Positions 32,110 to 41,987 of a stretch of 64,000 nt of DNA are shown piece after piece (within the stretch, counting starts at the first letter, position 1; each line of letters starts with the position of its first letter). The position numbers and the translations under genes were made by a program. The notes below the pieces were generated by a model. That model was given only the letters and a program-made list of their open reading frames with translations. It was not told the DNA's origin and did no database searches. The DNA comes from Escherichia phage 236Ecol005PP. The DNA lies in the sequence record PP434423.1. One strand, 5' to 3'.

Positions 32110-33279
32110 TTAAAAATATTTTTTAAAACTCATCATAACTTTATCATCAACATCATTATCAATCTGTGCTACAAGGTAAGATGAAAGTTCTACTTCTTGT
32201 GGCGCGGATTGAACATTATCAGAATTAAGATATTCACGAATCCAAGGATATGGATGTTTAACCGGAGCATCAGTAATTGGGCATGGAAGACCACACTGTT
32301 TCATACGAGATACAGTTAAGTAATCAATAAAGCTCCACATGCTATTTGTATTTAATCCAGGAACATCGCCATCTTTAAATAAATGAACTGCCCAATCTTT
32401 TTCTTGGCGGTTAACTTCCATGAAAATATCAACTGCTTCTTGTTCACACTCTTGAGCAATTTTAACCCATTCATCGCCATCAGTACCGGATTGAAGTTGA
32501 CGAATAATATATTGAGTGCCTTTAAGGTGAAGCTGCTCATCACGAGCAATGAACTTCATAATCTTGGCATTACCTTCCATGATTTCCATGTTTTTGTGGA
32601 AGTTAAATGTACAGGCGAAAGATACATAAAAACGAATAGCTTCCAATGCGTTGATTACATGAAGGCAAAGATAAAGAGATTTCATTAGTGCTCGTTTAGT
32701 GCATTCAACAACTTTGCCTAGCTCTTCTTTACGAAATCCTTCTGATAAAATTCCTTCATAATCTTCAACCGCATTCTGATATTCACGAGTCTTAACTAGA
32801 ACATCATCGTAATAGCGACCAATGGACTCGGCACGTTTCATGATAGCTTTATCTAATACAATCTCATCAAACACTTTTGACGGATCAGTATAAAGATTTC
32901 GCATAATATGAGTGTATGAACGGCTGTGAATAGTTTCACTAAAAGTCCATGTAGCAACCCATGTATCAAGGCTTGGGTCTGAAATTAATGACATAAGTAC
33001 AGCAGACGGTGCACGACCCTGAATGCTATCTAGAAGTGATTGATACTTCAGGTTATTAGTAAAAATATCTTGCTGATACTGAGGAAGCTTGTTAAATTGT
33101 GCAGCATCCATCATCAAGTTTACTTCTTCCGGACGCCAGAAAAATGACAACTGCTTTTCGGTTAAATCTTCAAAAACTTTATGGCGTTGAATATCATAAC
33201 GCGCAATACCAAGACCTGAACCGAAGAACATAGGTTCTTTTAAAACATCAACTGGATTTGTATTAAAAACTGTAGACAT
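32110..33279 (-). CDS. nrdB: ribonucleotide reductase beta subunit, uninterrupted
   Basis: 389-aa continuous ORF with di-iron/tyrosyl radical motifs; no intron. Confidence 0.9.
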   Translation of the reverse strand: MSTVFNTNPVDVLKEPMFFGSGLGIARYDIQRHKVFEDLTEKQLSFFWRPEEVNLMMDAAQFNKLPQYQQDIFTNNLKYQSLLDSIQGRAPSAVLMSLISDPSLDTWVATWTFSETIHSRSYTHIMRNLYTDPSKVFDEIVLDKAIMKRAESIGRYYDDVLVKTREYQNAVEDYEGILSEGFRKEELGKVVECTKRALMKSLYLCLHVINALEAIRFYVSFACTFNFHKNMEIMEGNAKIMKFIARDEQLHLKGTQYIIRQLQSGTDGDEWVKIAQECEQEAVDIFMEVNRQEKDWAVHLFKDGDVPGLNTNSMWSFIDYLTVSRMKQCGLPCPITDAPVKHPYPWIREYLNSDNVQSAPQEVELSSYLVAQIDNDVDDKVMMSFKKYF

Positions 33280-33314
33280 ATTATTCTCGCTTATTATAGG
33301 TTTAAATTATTTAA

Positions 33315-34106
33315 TCACATATTGTGTATAAGCACTTCAGTCTGAAATGATGCACCTTTCTTTTGCTTCCTATACATGGTTTCAAAATATTCAATTTTGA
33401 AATTATTAGAAAGGGCCCAATCTTTTAAAATATAATTATTAATATCGTCTGATAGATTATTAGTGATAATAAATTTAGACTTCGATTGTTTAATTTTGTC
33501 TAATAATTCTAATTCATCCTTTTCTTCCCAGCCTGAATATTTAAATTTAGTAGAAAGATATGGCGGGTCAATGAATAAATTTTTGTTTTCAAAATCCAAA
33601 TCTCTGAATGATTTATTACTAAATGTAAATCTGTGTTGTCTATTTTTAAATTCAGAAAATTTATCCTGCTGAGACTTATTAAAAGAAGTTCTGGAATACT
33701 TGGCTCTATTGGCGAAAGCCGCGTTATAATTCCCATTACTAGAAAATCGGATTAACGAACTGAATGAAAATAAATGTAGAACATAAAGATATAGTCCGTT
33801 TTTGGTTTTATCGTATTCTTTTGACAGATTATAAAAAGGTGCTGAATCTTTGTCATTCAAATTAAAGTCTTCAATAATTTGAACTATATCATTAATTGAA
33901 GATGATTTCATCTTATTATACATATCTATAAGAGGAGTATTAATATCATTACATATAACATCTCTCTGACAATTCATAGAAAATCCAAGACCACCACAAA
34001 AAGCATCCAAAACAGGCTTATCGTCAAAGCGGTTTGAAAATTGTCTAATAAATGGCATATACTTATGTTTTGCACCTGGATATGTTATGGCAGGTAGGTC
34101 TTTCAT
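33315..34106 (-). CDS. Dam-family N6-adenine DNA methyltransferase
   Basis: motif I FCGGLG near N-terminus, motif IV DPPY around residue 181, Dam-like region LYVLH...F..IR..NG.YN. Confidence 0.7.
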   Translation of the reverse strand: MKDLPAITYPGAKHKYMPFIRQFSNRFDDKPVLDAFCGGLGFSMNCQRDVICNDINTPLIDMYNKMKSSSINDIVQIIEDFNLNDKDSAPFYNLSKEYDKTKNGLYLYVLHLFSFSSLIRFSSNGNYNAAFANRAKYSRTSFNKSQQDKFSEFKNRQHRFTFSNKSFRDLDFENKNLFIDPPYLSTKFKYSGWEEKDELELLDKIKQSKSKFIITNNLSDDINNYILKDWALSNNFKIEYFETMYRKQKKGASFQTEVLIHNM

Positions 34107-34149
34107 TTTATTTCTCGTTGTTAGTGACTCGTCCGTGAGTCAAATTATA

Positions 34150-35139
34150 TCATAATTTACAGGATGAACAATCTTCAGCTTTTGGAGTTTCTATTTCGTA
34201 ATCATCAGTACCGGAACCATCACGAGTATTATGATAATAGAAGTTTTTAATGCCATAATACCATCCATATAGCATGTCATCAATCATTATTGACATTGGA
34301 ACCTTTCCTTTTGGAAAAATCTGCGGGTCATAATATGTATTCGCTGAAGCTGATTGACATACCCATTTAAGCATAATAGCTACCTGCGTAAGATAAGGTT
34401 TATTACCTTTCTTAGCTAATTTCCACGTATAATCATATAGGTCTATGTTATGTTCAATATTGGGCACGACTTGATTAAAGGAACCCTCTTTTGATTCTTT
34501 AACAGAGACTGGTCCACGTGGAGGCTCGATACCATTAGTACTGTTAGAAACTTGGGAAGATGACTCACATGGCATAAGTGCTGATAATGTGCTATTACGG
34601 ATGCCAAAGAGCTTAAGGTCTTCCCGCAGCGCCGACCAGTCACAAACGTATTTTGGAGCTGCGATTTGGTCAATCTTTTTATTGTACCAGTCGATAGGTA
34701 ATTCGCCTCGAGACCAACGAGTGTCTGAATAATATTCGCAAGGTCCTTTTTCTTTGGCGAGCTTAATGGATGCTTTAATGAGTCCATACTGTAATCTCTC
34801 AAATAGTTCATGTGTTAAATCGTTAGCATCTTCATAAGAAGCAAAGTTACTTGCCAGCCAAGCTGCATAGTTAGTAACACCTACACCAAGATTTCGACGC
34901 TTTTTAGCTTTTTCTGCTTCAGGAACTGGATATCCTTGGTAATCCAAAAGATTATCAAGAGCACGAACTTGGACTTCTGCTAATTCATTAATTTTATCTT
35001 GGTCTTGCCAATCGAAGTTATCCAACACAAATGCGCTAAGGGTACAAAGCCCCACTTCTCCCTTGTTTTCAATAACTTCTATTGTAGTATACTCATCATC
35101 TTCGTAAAATTCATCTACAAATTCATAATCAATATTCAT
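34150..35139 (-). CDS. nrdA: ribonucleotide reductase alpha subunit, C-terminal piece
   Basis: contains LCTLSAF active-site segment and C-terminal CSSCKL tail; own ATG and RBS inside the 3' end of the HNH gene. Confidence 0.8.
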   Translation of the reverse strand: MNIDYEFVDEFYEDDEYTTIEVIENKGEVGLCTLSAFVLDNFDWQDQDKINELAEVQVRALDNLLDYQGYPVPEAEKAKKRRNLGVGVTNYAAWLASNFASYEDANDLTHELFERLQYGLIKASIKLAKEKGPCEYYSDTRWSRGELPIDWYNKKIDQIAAPKYVCDWSALREDLKLFGIRNSTLSALMPCESSSQVSNSTNGIEPPRGPVSVKESKEGSFNQVVPNIEHNIDLYDYTWKLAKKGNKPYLTQVAIMLKWVCQSASANTYYDPQIFPKGKVPMSIMIDDMLYGWYYGIKNFYYHNTRDGSGTDDYEIETPKAEDCSSCKL

Positions 35140-35974
35140 TTAATTCTTCTACCTTTTTTCTAGTAATTCCTAAAGCTTTAGATGCTCGATGTATTGATTG
35201 ATATTCTATACCGTTTATTTTTACAGCAATTAAGTTATGGGGTTTTAATCCCTTTGGATGAGGTTTACTGACGAAAACTAAATTATCAAGCTCTGAAATC
35301 TTATCCAATTTCTTACACTTAAATCCTTTGTGATGCGCCCGTTTACCTTTACAAACGGCTGACATCGCAGATGGATTTAAATTATGCTCTTTACAAAATT
35401 CGTTAAGACCTCGATGAATTTCCTCATGACCATCTGGAAATGTAAACACCCAAGACGTTTGAAGTCGAGATTTAACTTCTGGAGACATAGGAATACCTTT
35501 GTTCCAGGCCGGTTTGCCTTTATTATTTTCAGATACAGAAATAGCCAATTTTCTTCTAAGCCACCCATGTCGTTTATTGGTGTTCTTTCGTTCAATATTA
35601 TCTTCAGAATAAACACACATCATATTAGCGGCAAATATCAATTTATGATTATCTGGATATATCTTTACTAATAATTGATGAGCTATGTAATGCTCTTCTG
35701 GTGTCAAATCTACCAGGTTTTCCTTTGTATCAGAACCACCAATACACAGAGGTATAATATGATGTGATTCGGTATAGCAATCTAATTTTCTGTTCTTAGC
35801 TTTAGAAATAAGGTTATTGTAAATTTTAGAATAATCCATAACTTTTCCTCTTGTTATGGATTATTTATTAACGGTCTGTGTACTTTATTTGCTTTGAATT
35901 ATACCGCCAGGATTAGCTTCATAAAACTTAGCTACATCCGACTTCTTAATTTTAATTAAACGGGTTTGTTGACT
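35071..35974 (-). mobile_element. inserted HNH homing-endonuclease cassette splitting nrdA (approximate limits)
   Basis: limits set where NrdA similarity stops in the upstream ORF and resumes in the downstream ORF. Confidence 0.6.
35129..35839 (-). CDS. HNH homing endonuclease (Mob-like)
   Basis: N-terminal HNH motif (ESHHIIP...GGSD..EN...LTPEEH), NUMOD-like GKPAWNKG repeat, C-terminal HTH; strong GAGGA RBS. Confidence 0.8.
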   Translation of the reverse strand: MDYSKIYNNLISKAKNRKLDCYTESHHIIPLCIGGSDTKENLVDLTPEEHYIAHQLLVKIYPDNHKLIFAANMMCVYSEDNIERKNTNKRHGWLRRKLAISVSENNKGKPAWNKGIPMSPEVKSRLQTSWVFTFPDGHEEIHRGLNEFCKEHNLNPSAMSAVCKGKRAHHKGFKCKKLDKISELDNLVFVSKPHPKGLKPHNLIAVKINGIEYQSIHRASKALGITRKKVEELNEY

Positions 35975-37318
35975 ATTCACATCATTTGTTGGAATAGCAA
36001 TTTCACAACACAAGTTACTCTGACGAATAGGTGCTTTTTCACGAATAAATGGAGTATAGTTATTCGTATTATCAATGAACTGCACATAAATCCTTGCTGT
36101 TCCTGAGCGTTCAGTCATTAGCAATTCAAACAGTTCACGGGCTTTAATACGCTTTTTACGAATATTAGGGTCTTTTTCTGCGGCTTCATATAATTCACGG
36201 AAACGGTCTTGGTCTTTAAAATAAGAATAATAAAGCTCACCACCCATTTCATGTGGACTGAACAAAGTAATGTAGTCGTTCTTTCCAAAACGTTCCATCA
36301 TCAAATCATTCAGCTGGACGCCATAATCCATATGACGGATACGGTTTTCTTCTACACCTTTGTTATTTTTCAAAACGAGAAGATTTTCAACTTCCAAATG
36401 CCAAATAGGATAATAAGCAGTAGCAGCGCCGCCACGAATTCCACCCTGTGAGCATGATTTAACAGCAGTCTGAAAATGTTTCCAAAAAGGAATAACACCA
36501 GTATGGCGTACTTCACCTGTACCAATCTTAGAACCTTCGGCACGAATCATACCAACGTTAATACCAATTCCAGCGCGTTTGGAGATATATTCAACAATTG
36601 AAGCGGAAACCTTATTGATAGACTTCAGCGAATCACCTGCCTCAATAACAACACATGAACTAAACTGTCGAGTCGGAGTACGACAGCCAGCCATAATAGG
36701 AGTTGGCAATGAAATCTGTCGAGTAGATACTGCTTCATAAAAACGAATAACGTGTTTTAGTCTATCAACAGGTTCATCTTGATGCAATGCCATTCCAATA
36801 GTCATAAATGCAAACTGCGGAGTTTCATAAATTTGACCAGTGGTTTTATCTTTAACTAGATATTTTTCTTTTAATTGCATCGCCCCGGAATAAGTAAATT
36901 CCATATCCCGCTCATGCTTAATTTTTGATTCTAAAAATGTAATTTCTTCTGCTGAATATTTTGACAGCAGTTCAGGGTCATATTTACCTTCATTTACACA
37001 GTAAGAAATATGGTCAATAAATGAACGTGGTTCATATTGTCCGTAAACATGCTTACGAAGAGCAAACATTAAACAGCGTGCAGCTACATATTGATAATCA
37101 GGCTCTTCAACTGAAATAGAATTCGCAGCAGCCTTAATTACAATGGTTTGAATGTCATCAGTGGTCATTCCATCACGGAGATATGATTTAATATTTTCAT
37201 ATAATTCATAAGGATCTACAGATGTTCCTTCAGCTGCCCAAGATAAAACTTTAATAATTTTTTGCGGGTCAAAGCTCTGAGAAACACCACTACTTTTGAT
37301 AACATTAATTAATTGCAT
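35885..37318 (-). CDS. nrdA: ribonucleotide reductase alpha subunit, N-terminal piece
   Basis: ATP-cone and catalytic core up to SNLCCEIAIPTNDVN, then 29 unrelated codons and a stop. Confidence 0.8.
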   Translation of the reverse strand: MQLINVIKSSGVSQSFDPQKIIKVLSWAAEGTSVDPYELYENIKSYLRDGMTTDDIQTIVIKAAANSISVEEPDYQYVAARCLMFALRKHVYGQYEPRSFIDHISYCVNEGKYDPELLSKYSAEEITFLESKIKHERDMEFTYSGAMQLKEKYLVKDKTTGQIYETPQFAFMTIGMALHQDEPVDRLKHVIRFYEAVSTRQISLPTPIMAGCRTPTRQFSSCVVIEAGDSLKSINKVSASIVEYISKRAGIGINVGMIRAEGSKIGTGEVRHTGVIPFWKHFQTAVKSCSQGGIRGGAATAYYPIWHLEVENLLVLKNNKGVEENRIRHMDYGVQLNDLMMERFGKNDYITLFSPHEMGGELYYSYFKDQDRFRELYEAAEKDPNIRKKRIKARELFELLMTERSGTARIYVQFIDNTNNYTPFIREKAPIRQSNLCCEIAIPTNDVNSQQTRLIKIKKSDVAKFYEANPGGIIQSK

Positions 37319-37635
37319 AAGTCCTCAACTTGAAAATCGTCTTTAAACAATCGGTTAACTATATGAGCTATTATATCACCATGACACGGCTTTGGTTTAC
37401 ATGTGCATCCTAGCCTCATTCCACGTAAAGGCTCTAAATGTGCTTTAGTTATTTCTCCGGATTTAATTCGACGTATAAAATCTTTTTTGAATAATTCAAT
37501 GGCAGCCTCCCGGCTGCCAGCATCTTTACCGACGTAATTTCCCCAAAATGTACCGCGGTGAATATTAACATCAAAGTCGGATTTATATTTATTCACTACC
37601 TGGCATAGACGGCCCGCGCGGTAATAGTTCGTCAT
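37309..37635 (-). CDS. DUF4326-like small protein (T4 nrdA.1 position)
   Basis: FWGN...[13 protein letters not shown] pattern; ORF-track start may be over-extended. Confidence 0.5.
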   Translation of the reverse strand: MTNYYRAGRLCQVVNKYKSDFDVNIHRGTFWGNYVGKDAGSREAAIELFKKDFIRRIKSGEITKAHLEPLRGMRLGCTCKPKPCHGDIIAHIVNRLFKDDFQVEDLCN

Positions 37636-37852
37636 ATTGTTTTTCCGTTAAAACAGTAATATCATAATAACAATCTGAAGAAGTTTTAACTGTAGAAATT
37701 TTATTATCAAAATACTCACGAGTCATTTTATGAGTATAATATTTTTTGCCATAAATGATAATAGGCTGTTCTGGTCCTGGAACTTCTAACTCGCTTGGAT
37801 TAGGAAGTGTAAAAAGAACGACACCAGAAGTATCTTTAAATCGTAAAATCAT
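37589..37852 (-). CDS. hypothetical protein (T4 nrdA.2 position)
   Basis: 87-aa ORF with GAGG RBS; overlaps the next ORF by up to 47 nt. Confidence 0.45.
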   Translation of the reverse strand: MILRFKDTSGVVLFTLPNPSELEVPGPEQPIIIYGKKYYTHKMTREYFDNKISTVKTSSDCYYDITVLTEKQYDELLPRGPSMPGSE

Positions 37853-37875
37853 ATATCCTCACAATTAATAATTAA

Positions 37876-38187
37876 TTACACCGCCATTTTTCCTTTAATA
37901 GGAGGGTGTGATTCGTAACCTTTAAGAACGAAATCTTTAGGCCTGAGTTTAAGAGTGTATTCCAATTGTTCTTTAGTAGAAAGATAGCGGAATTTATAAG
38001 GCAATCCGCCTATTACCAGTTCACAAAGCTCTTTAGGTTCACGACGTAAAATTTCTTTACATTGTTCTACGTGATTCATATAGATATGAGTATTACCACC
38101 AGAAAATATCAAATCTCCTGGAATAAGATTACACATCTTAGCTACAATATGAACTAACGCAGCATATGATGCAATATTAAATGGAAG
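37876..38187 (-). CDS. td: thymidylate synthase, exon 2
   Basis: C-terminal TS sequence; the ORF-track initial Met is the intron-terminal ATG. Confidence 0.9.
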   Translation of the reverse strand, partial: LPFNIASYAALVHIVAKMCNLIPGDLIFSGGNTHIYMNHVEQCKEILRREPKELCELVIGGLPYKFRYLSTKEQLEYTLKLRPKDFVLKGYESHPPIKGKMAV

Positions 38188-38441
38188 CATTATGTTCAGA
38201 TAAGGTCGTTAATCTTATCCCGGAATTATATCCAGCTGCATGTCACCATACAGATCAGACTATATCTCCATCTTGATGAAGCAAGATGTCTATCGTTTCG
38301 AGTCACTTGACCCTACTCCCCAAAGGGATAGTCGTTAGGCATTTAGTTCAAAAGAACATTTAGCACGGGATTGTCTACTAGAGAGGTTCCCCGTTTAGAT
38401 AGATTACAAGTATAAGTCACCTTATACTCAGGCCTCAATTA
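38188..38441 (-). ncRNA. group I self-splicing intron in td, lacking any homing-endonuclease ORF
   Basis: starts TAATTGAGGCCTGAG... and ends ...CTGAACATAATG like the T4 td intron core; exon 1 ORF stops at the intron-initial TAA. Confidence 0.85.
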
Positions 38442-38990
38442 ACCCAAGAAAACATCTACACTTCTTTGGTACCATTGTAAATCAAGATAACCATTACGCA
38501 CATTAAACTGATAGAACATATGACAGGGCGGTAATGCCATTTGATTGATTTCAGCTGGATTCCATGCTGAAACGATTTGACGTCGATCAGTTGGTAATTT
38601 TTTAATACGATCAATAGTTTCAACTAATTGATCCACACCACCGAAATCACGCCATTGTTTACCGTATATAGGACCAAGTTCACCACTATGATATCCTAGG
38701 TCTTTAGCCTGGTTTTCATAGTTATCGTCCCAAATAGTTTTACCTTGAATAAGACTACCATGAGTGCGAAGACGTAAATCATTAACATTGGTAGAACCGG
38801 AAATAAACCATAGAAGCTCAGCAATGCAAGCTTTCCAAGCGAGCTTCTTAGTCGTTACTGCAGGAAAACCTTTAGTTAAATCCCAACGTAATTTAGTACC
38901 GAACAAAGCAATTGTTCCTGTGCCTGTTCGGTCATCGGTTTCATAGCCATTTTCAAAAATGTCTTTAATTAAATCTTGGTATTGTTTCAT
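38442..38990 (-). CDS. td: thymidylate synthase, exon 1
   Basis: N-terminal TS sequence including the catalytic PPCH motif. Confidence 0.9.
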
Positions 38991-39069
38991 TTAGTACCTT
39001 ATATAAATTATAATACATTTTATGAAGCTAAATAATCAATACGGTTTAGCATCAAATTTTCTTTCGATT

Positions 39070-39396
39070 TCAGGAGTGAAATATATTTTCTTTACCACGT
39101 TTGGAAAAGCGACCAATAATATGATAATTATTCTCATCAAACGTGATATTGCCAATATCCATAGCTTTCAACCAAATATCGATATTTCTGTCAAGCTTTA
39201 TATCAAAATTCCAATACGGAGAACTATTACCGAAAATACTGCAAGCGGATTCAGTGAAACAACTGCTATAAATCTTGTCTTTAGGAACTACTAATTGATA
39301 GACGCCTTTAATAAACTGAGGACCCTGCCATTTTGGCTGTTTCGCGTCTTTTTCTAATAGAATAGGATAATAATTAAAGTTCATATTTTCCGCCAT
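39070..39396 (-). CDS. hypothetical protein between frd and td
   Basis: 108-aa ORF on the transcribed strand; no recognisable motif; weak RBS. Confidence 0.45.
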   Translation of the reverse strand: MAENMNFNYYPILLEKDAKQPKWQGPQFIKGVYQLVVPKDKIYSSCFTESACSIFGNSSPYWNFDIKLDRNIDIWLKAMDIGNITFDENNYHIIGRFSKRGKENIFHS

Positions 39397-39404
39397 GCGT
39401 TATT

Positions 39405-39995
<591 letters not shown>

Positions 39996-40238
39996 TCAAA
40001 CAGACTTTTTCACAATTTTCCAATCAGCTTTAAACTGTTCAACGCCAGAGTGGTAAATCCAAAATCCTGCGCTTTCTCCATCTTCATAAAGAGGGCATCC
40101 ATCGCATTCATCTTCCCATCCCATATCACGTAAAAGATGTTCAGCTTTTTCAACAAGTTCAGAATCTTTACCAATGATATTAAAATACCATTTACCTCTA
40201 ACTTCTGAATCTTTAATGCTCTGGCGTTGTAATCTCAT
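39996..40238 (-). CDS. frd.1: hypothetical protein
   Basis: 80-aa ORF. Confidence 0.55.
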   Translation of the reverse strand: MRLQRQSIKDSEVRGKWYFNIIGKDSELVEKAEHLLRDMGWEDECDGCPLYEDGESAGFWIYHSGVEQFKADWKIVKKSV

Positions 40239-40263
40239 TTTATTCTCCTTAGTTGATAGGGTA

Positions 40264-40293
40264 ATAGTATCACACTACTACCCTTCTGTAAAC
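40264..40293 (-). promoter_or_regulatory. T4-type early promoter
   Basis: GTTTACA, 17 nt, TGaTACTAT. Confidence 0.5.
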
Positions 40294-40658
40294 TACTTTT
40301 TGAAAGTTTTTCGCAAAAGTTCAATGATTTCATCTACATTGTTTTCGTCTACAATGCAGTGAATTTTTGTTACGCCAGAAACCTTGTCTTTGACTTCATC
40401 TTCTTCAGAAGTCGGTTCTTTATACTCGCGGAAACAATGAAATTCGTCTTCGCAGACGTTGAAGTAAAAATGCTTTCCATTTGCGCATTCAATGTGTTTT
40501 ATTAATCTAAATCCATCAACAGAGAAAGCTTCTTTAACTTCAAACCATCCGCCATTTTCTTGAATAATTTTAACTATTGATGAATTAGAACGTGGGCGAT
40601 AATTAATAAATGTATTAATAAGTCTTGGAACAAGCTCATACTTTTTGCCGATATACAT
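40293..40658 (-). CDS. frd.2: hypothetical protein
   Basis: 121-aa ORF. Confidence 0.55.
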   Translation of the reverse strand: MYIGKKYELVPRLINTFINYRPRSNSSIVKIIQENGGWFEVKEAFSVDGFRLIKHIECANGKHFYFNVCEDEFHCFREYKEPTSEEDEVKDKVSGVTKIHCIVDENNVDEIIELLRKTFKK

Positions 40659-40702
40659 TGAGTTTTCCTCATTTTAATAGGGGCTTGATAGCCCCTTGAT
40701 AA

Positions 40703-40954
40703 TTACTGCTCAATAAATCCTGTGTAAAATTCTACATCTTCAGCATCCATACCATCACAATATTCATCAACCATAAATTGTTTAAGACGATTTAAAGGAC
40801 CTTCAATAACAACTGAAACATTGCAGTTAGGATCATTTAGTGCGCTTGTAATACGGAGTTCAGGATAACGATTACGAATAATTTCTTCAATATATTCAAA
40901 ATCAACAACATCAATATCAATTTTAGCCATGTTATTTTCCTCTTTAATCATCAT
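40703..40954 (-). CDS. frd.3: hypothetical protein
   Basis: 83-aa acidic ORF. Confidence 0.55.
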   Translation of the reverse strand: MMIKEENNMAKIDIDVVDFEYIEEIIRNRYPELRITSALNDPNCNVSVVIEGPLNRLKQFMVDEYCDGMDAEDVEFYTGFIEQ

Positions 40955-40976
40955 CAGCAGTATTGCCGATAGTTGT

Positions 40977-41006
40977 ATAGTACCATAGTCCTTGTTGTGT
41001 GTAAAC
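40977..41006 (-). promoter_or_regulatory. T4-type early promoter
   Basis: GTTTACA, 17 nt, TGgTACTAT with upstream A/T tract. Confidence 0.5.
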
Positions 41007-41031
41007 TGTTTTGTGAAAAAATTTTTGAAAT

Positions 41032-41056
41032 AAAAAAGGGGACCTCTAGGGTCCCC
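41032..41056 (-). terminator. intrinsic terminator after gene 32
   Basis: GGGGACC-CTAGA-GGTCCCC hairpin followed by T-run on minus strand. Confidence 0.6.
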
Positions 41057-41078
41057 AATTAATTAGTAATATAATCTA

Positions 41079-41987
41079 TTAAAGGTCATTCAAAAGGTCA
41101 TCCAGGTCCGTGTCATCAGCACTAGATGAACTGCCAGAGCTTGAGCTCATAAAATCATCTTCAGTTTTTGTTTTGAAGTCATCAACATTGAATGCATCCA
41201 AATCATCAGCAACTTTATCGGCTTTCTTAGCAGCAGTTGCTGCGGCACCACCCATAGCAGCAGTTCCCATAACTTGACTGAACTTAGTGCTCAGTTCTTC
41301 AAACGATTTGAATTTATCTTTAGAAGTCATTTCAGAAAGGTCAACCATTTGTTCGAACAGTTCTTTCTGGAAAGATTCATCATCAATGTTTGGAATCGCA
41401 GATTGATTCAGGAATTTAGATTCGTCGTAGTTACTAAAACCAGAAACTTGTTTAACTTTCAGTACAAAGTTAGCACCTTCCCACGGACAAGTTACATCAA
41501 CCGGAGTTTCACCCATTTCAACATCAACTGCAATCATTGCATTGATTTTATCCCAGATTTTCTTACCGAAACGATATTTAAATACTTTACCTTCATTTTC
41601 TGGAGCAGCTGGGTCTTTTACTACAAGAATGTTAGCCCAGTAAGAAATTTTACGTTTAACAAGACCGTACTCTTTATTGTCAGTATTATACAAATCATTT
41701 TTACTGATGTATTGACATACTGGACAAGAATCGTAATCACCGTGGGTAGATGAACATGTTTCAATATACCATTTACCATTTTTCTTGAAACCGTGATTTA
41801 CAAGAATTGCGAATGGTGCTTGTTCATCATTTTTAGACGGAAGAAAACGAATTACTGCTTGACCGTTACCCGCATTGTCGAGTTTCAGTTTCCACTCGCC
41901 TTTATCTTCAGAAGAAAAACCACCTTTATTTCCAGCCAGTTTAGCCATTTGTGCAGCGAGTTCAGCAGTAGATTTACGTTTAAACAT
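41079..41987 (-). CDS. 32: gp32 single-stranded DNA-binding protein
   Basis: 302-aa ORF with zinc-binding Cys/His cluster and acidic C-terminus. Confidence 0.9.
   Translation of the reverse strand: MFKRKSTAELAAQMAKLAGNKGGFSSEDKGEWKLKLDNAGNGQAVIRFLPSKNDEQAPFAILVNHGFKKNGKWYIETCSSTHGDYDSCPVCQYISKNDLYNTDNKEYGLVKRKISYWANILVVKDPAAPENEGKVFKYRFGKKIWDKINAMIAVDVEMGETPVDVTCPWEGANFVLKVKQVSGFSNYDESKFLNQSAIPNIDDESFQKELFEQMVDLSEMTSKDKFKSFEELSTKFSQVMGTAAMGGAAATAAKKADKVADDLDAFNVDDFKTKTEDDFMSSSSGSSSSADDTDLDDLLNDL

Noticed and set aside
35071-35974. Intein or group I intron as the explanation for the nrdA interruption
   Set aside because: The endonuclease ORF is in a different frame with its own RBS and is flanked by stops, so it is not an in-frame intein. 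Only about 190 nt of non-ORF sequence flank it, which looks too short for a group I core. A free-standing endonuclease insertion is favoured, but splicing is not formally excluded.
39022-39294. Plus-strand 90-aa ORF opposite the frd-td intergenic ORF
   Set aside because: It is antisense to the transcription direction of the whole frd-td-nrdA cluster; the minus-strand 108-aa ORF is the more plausible gene.
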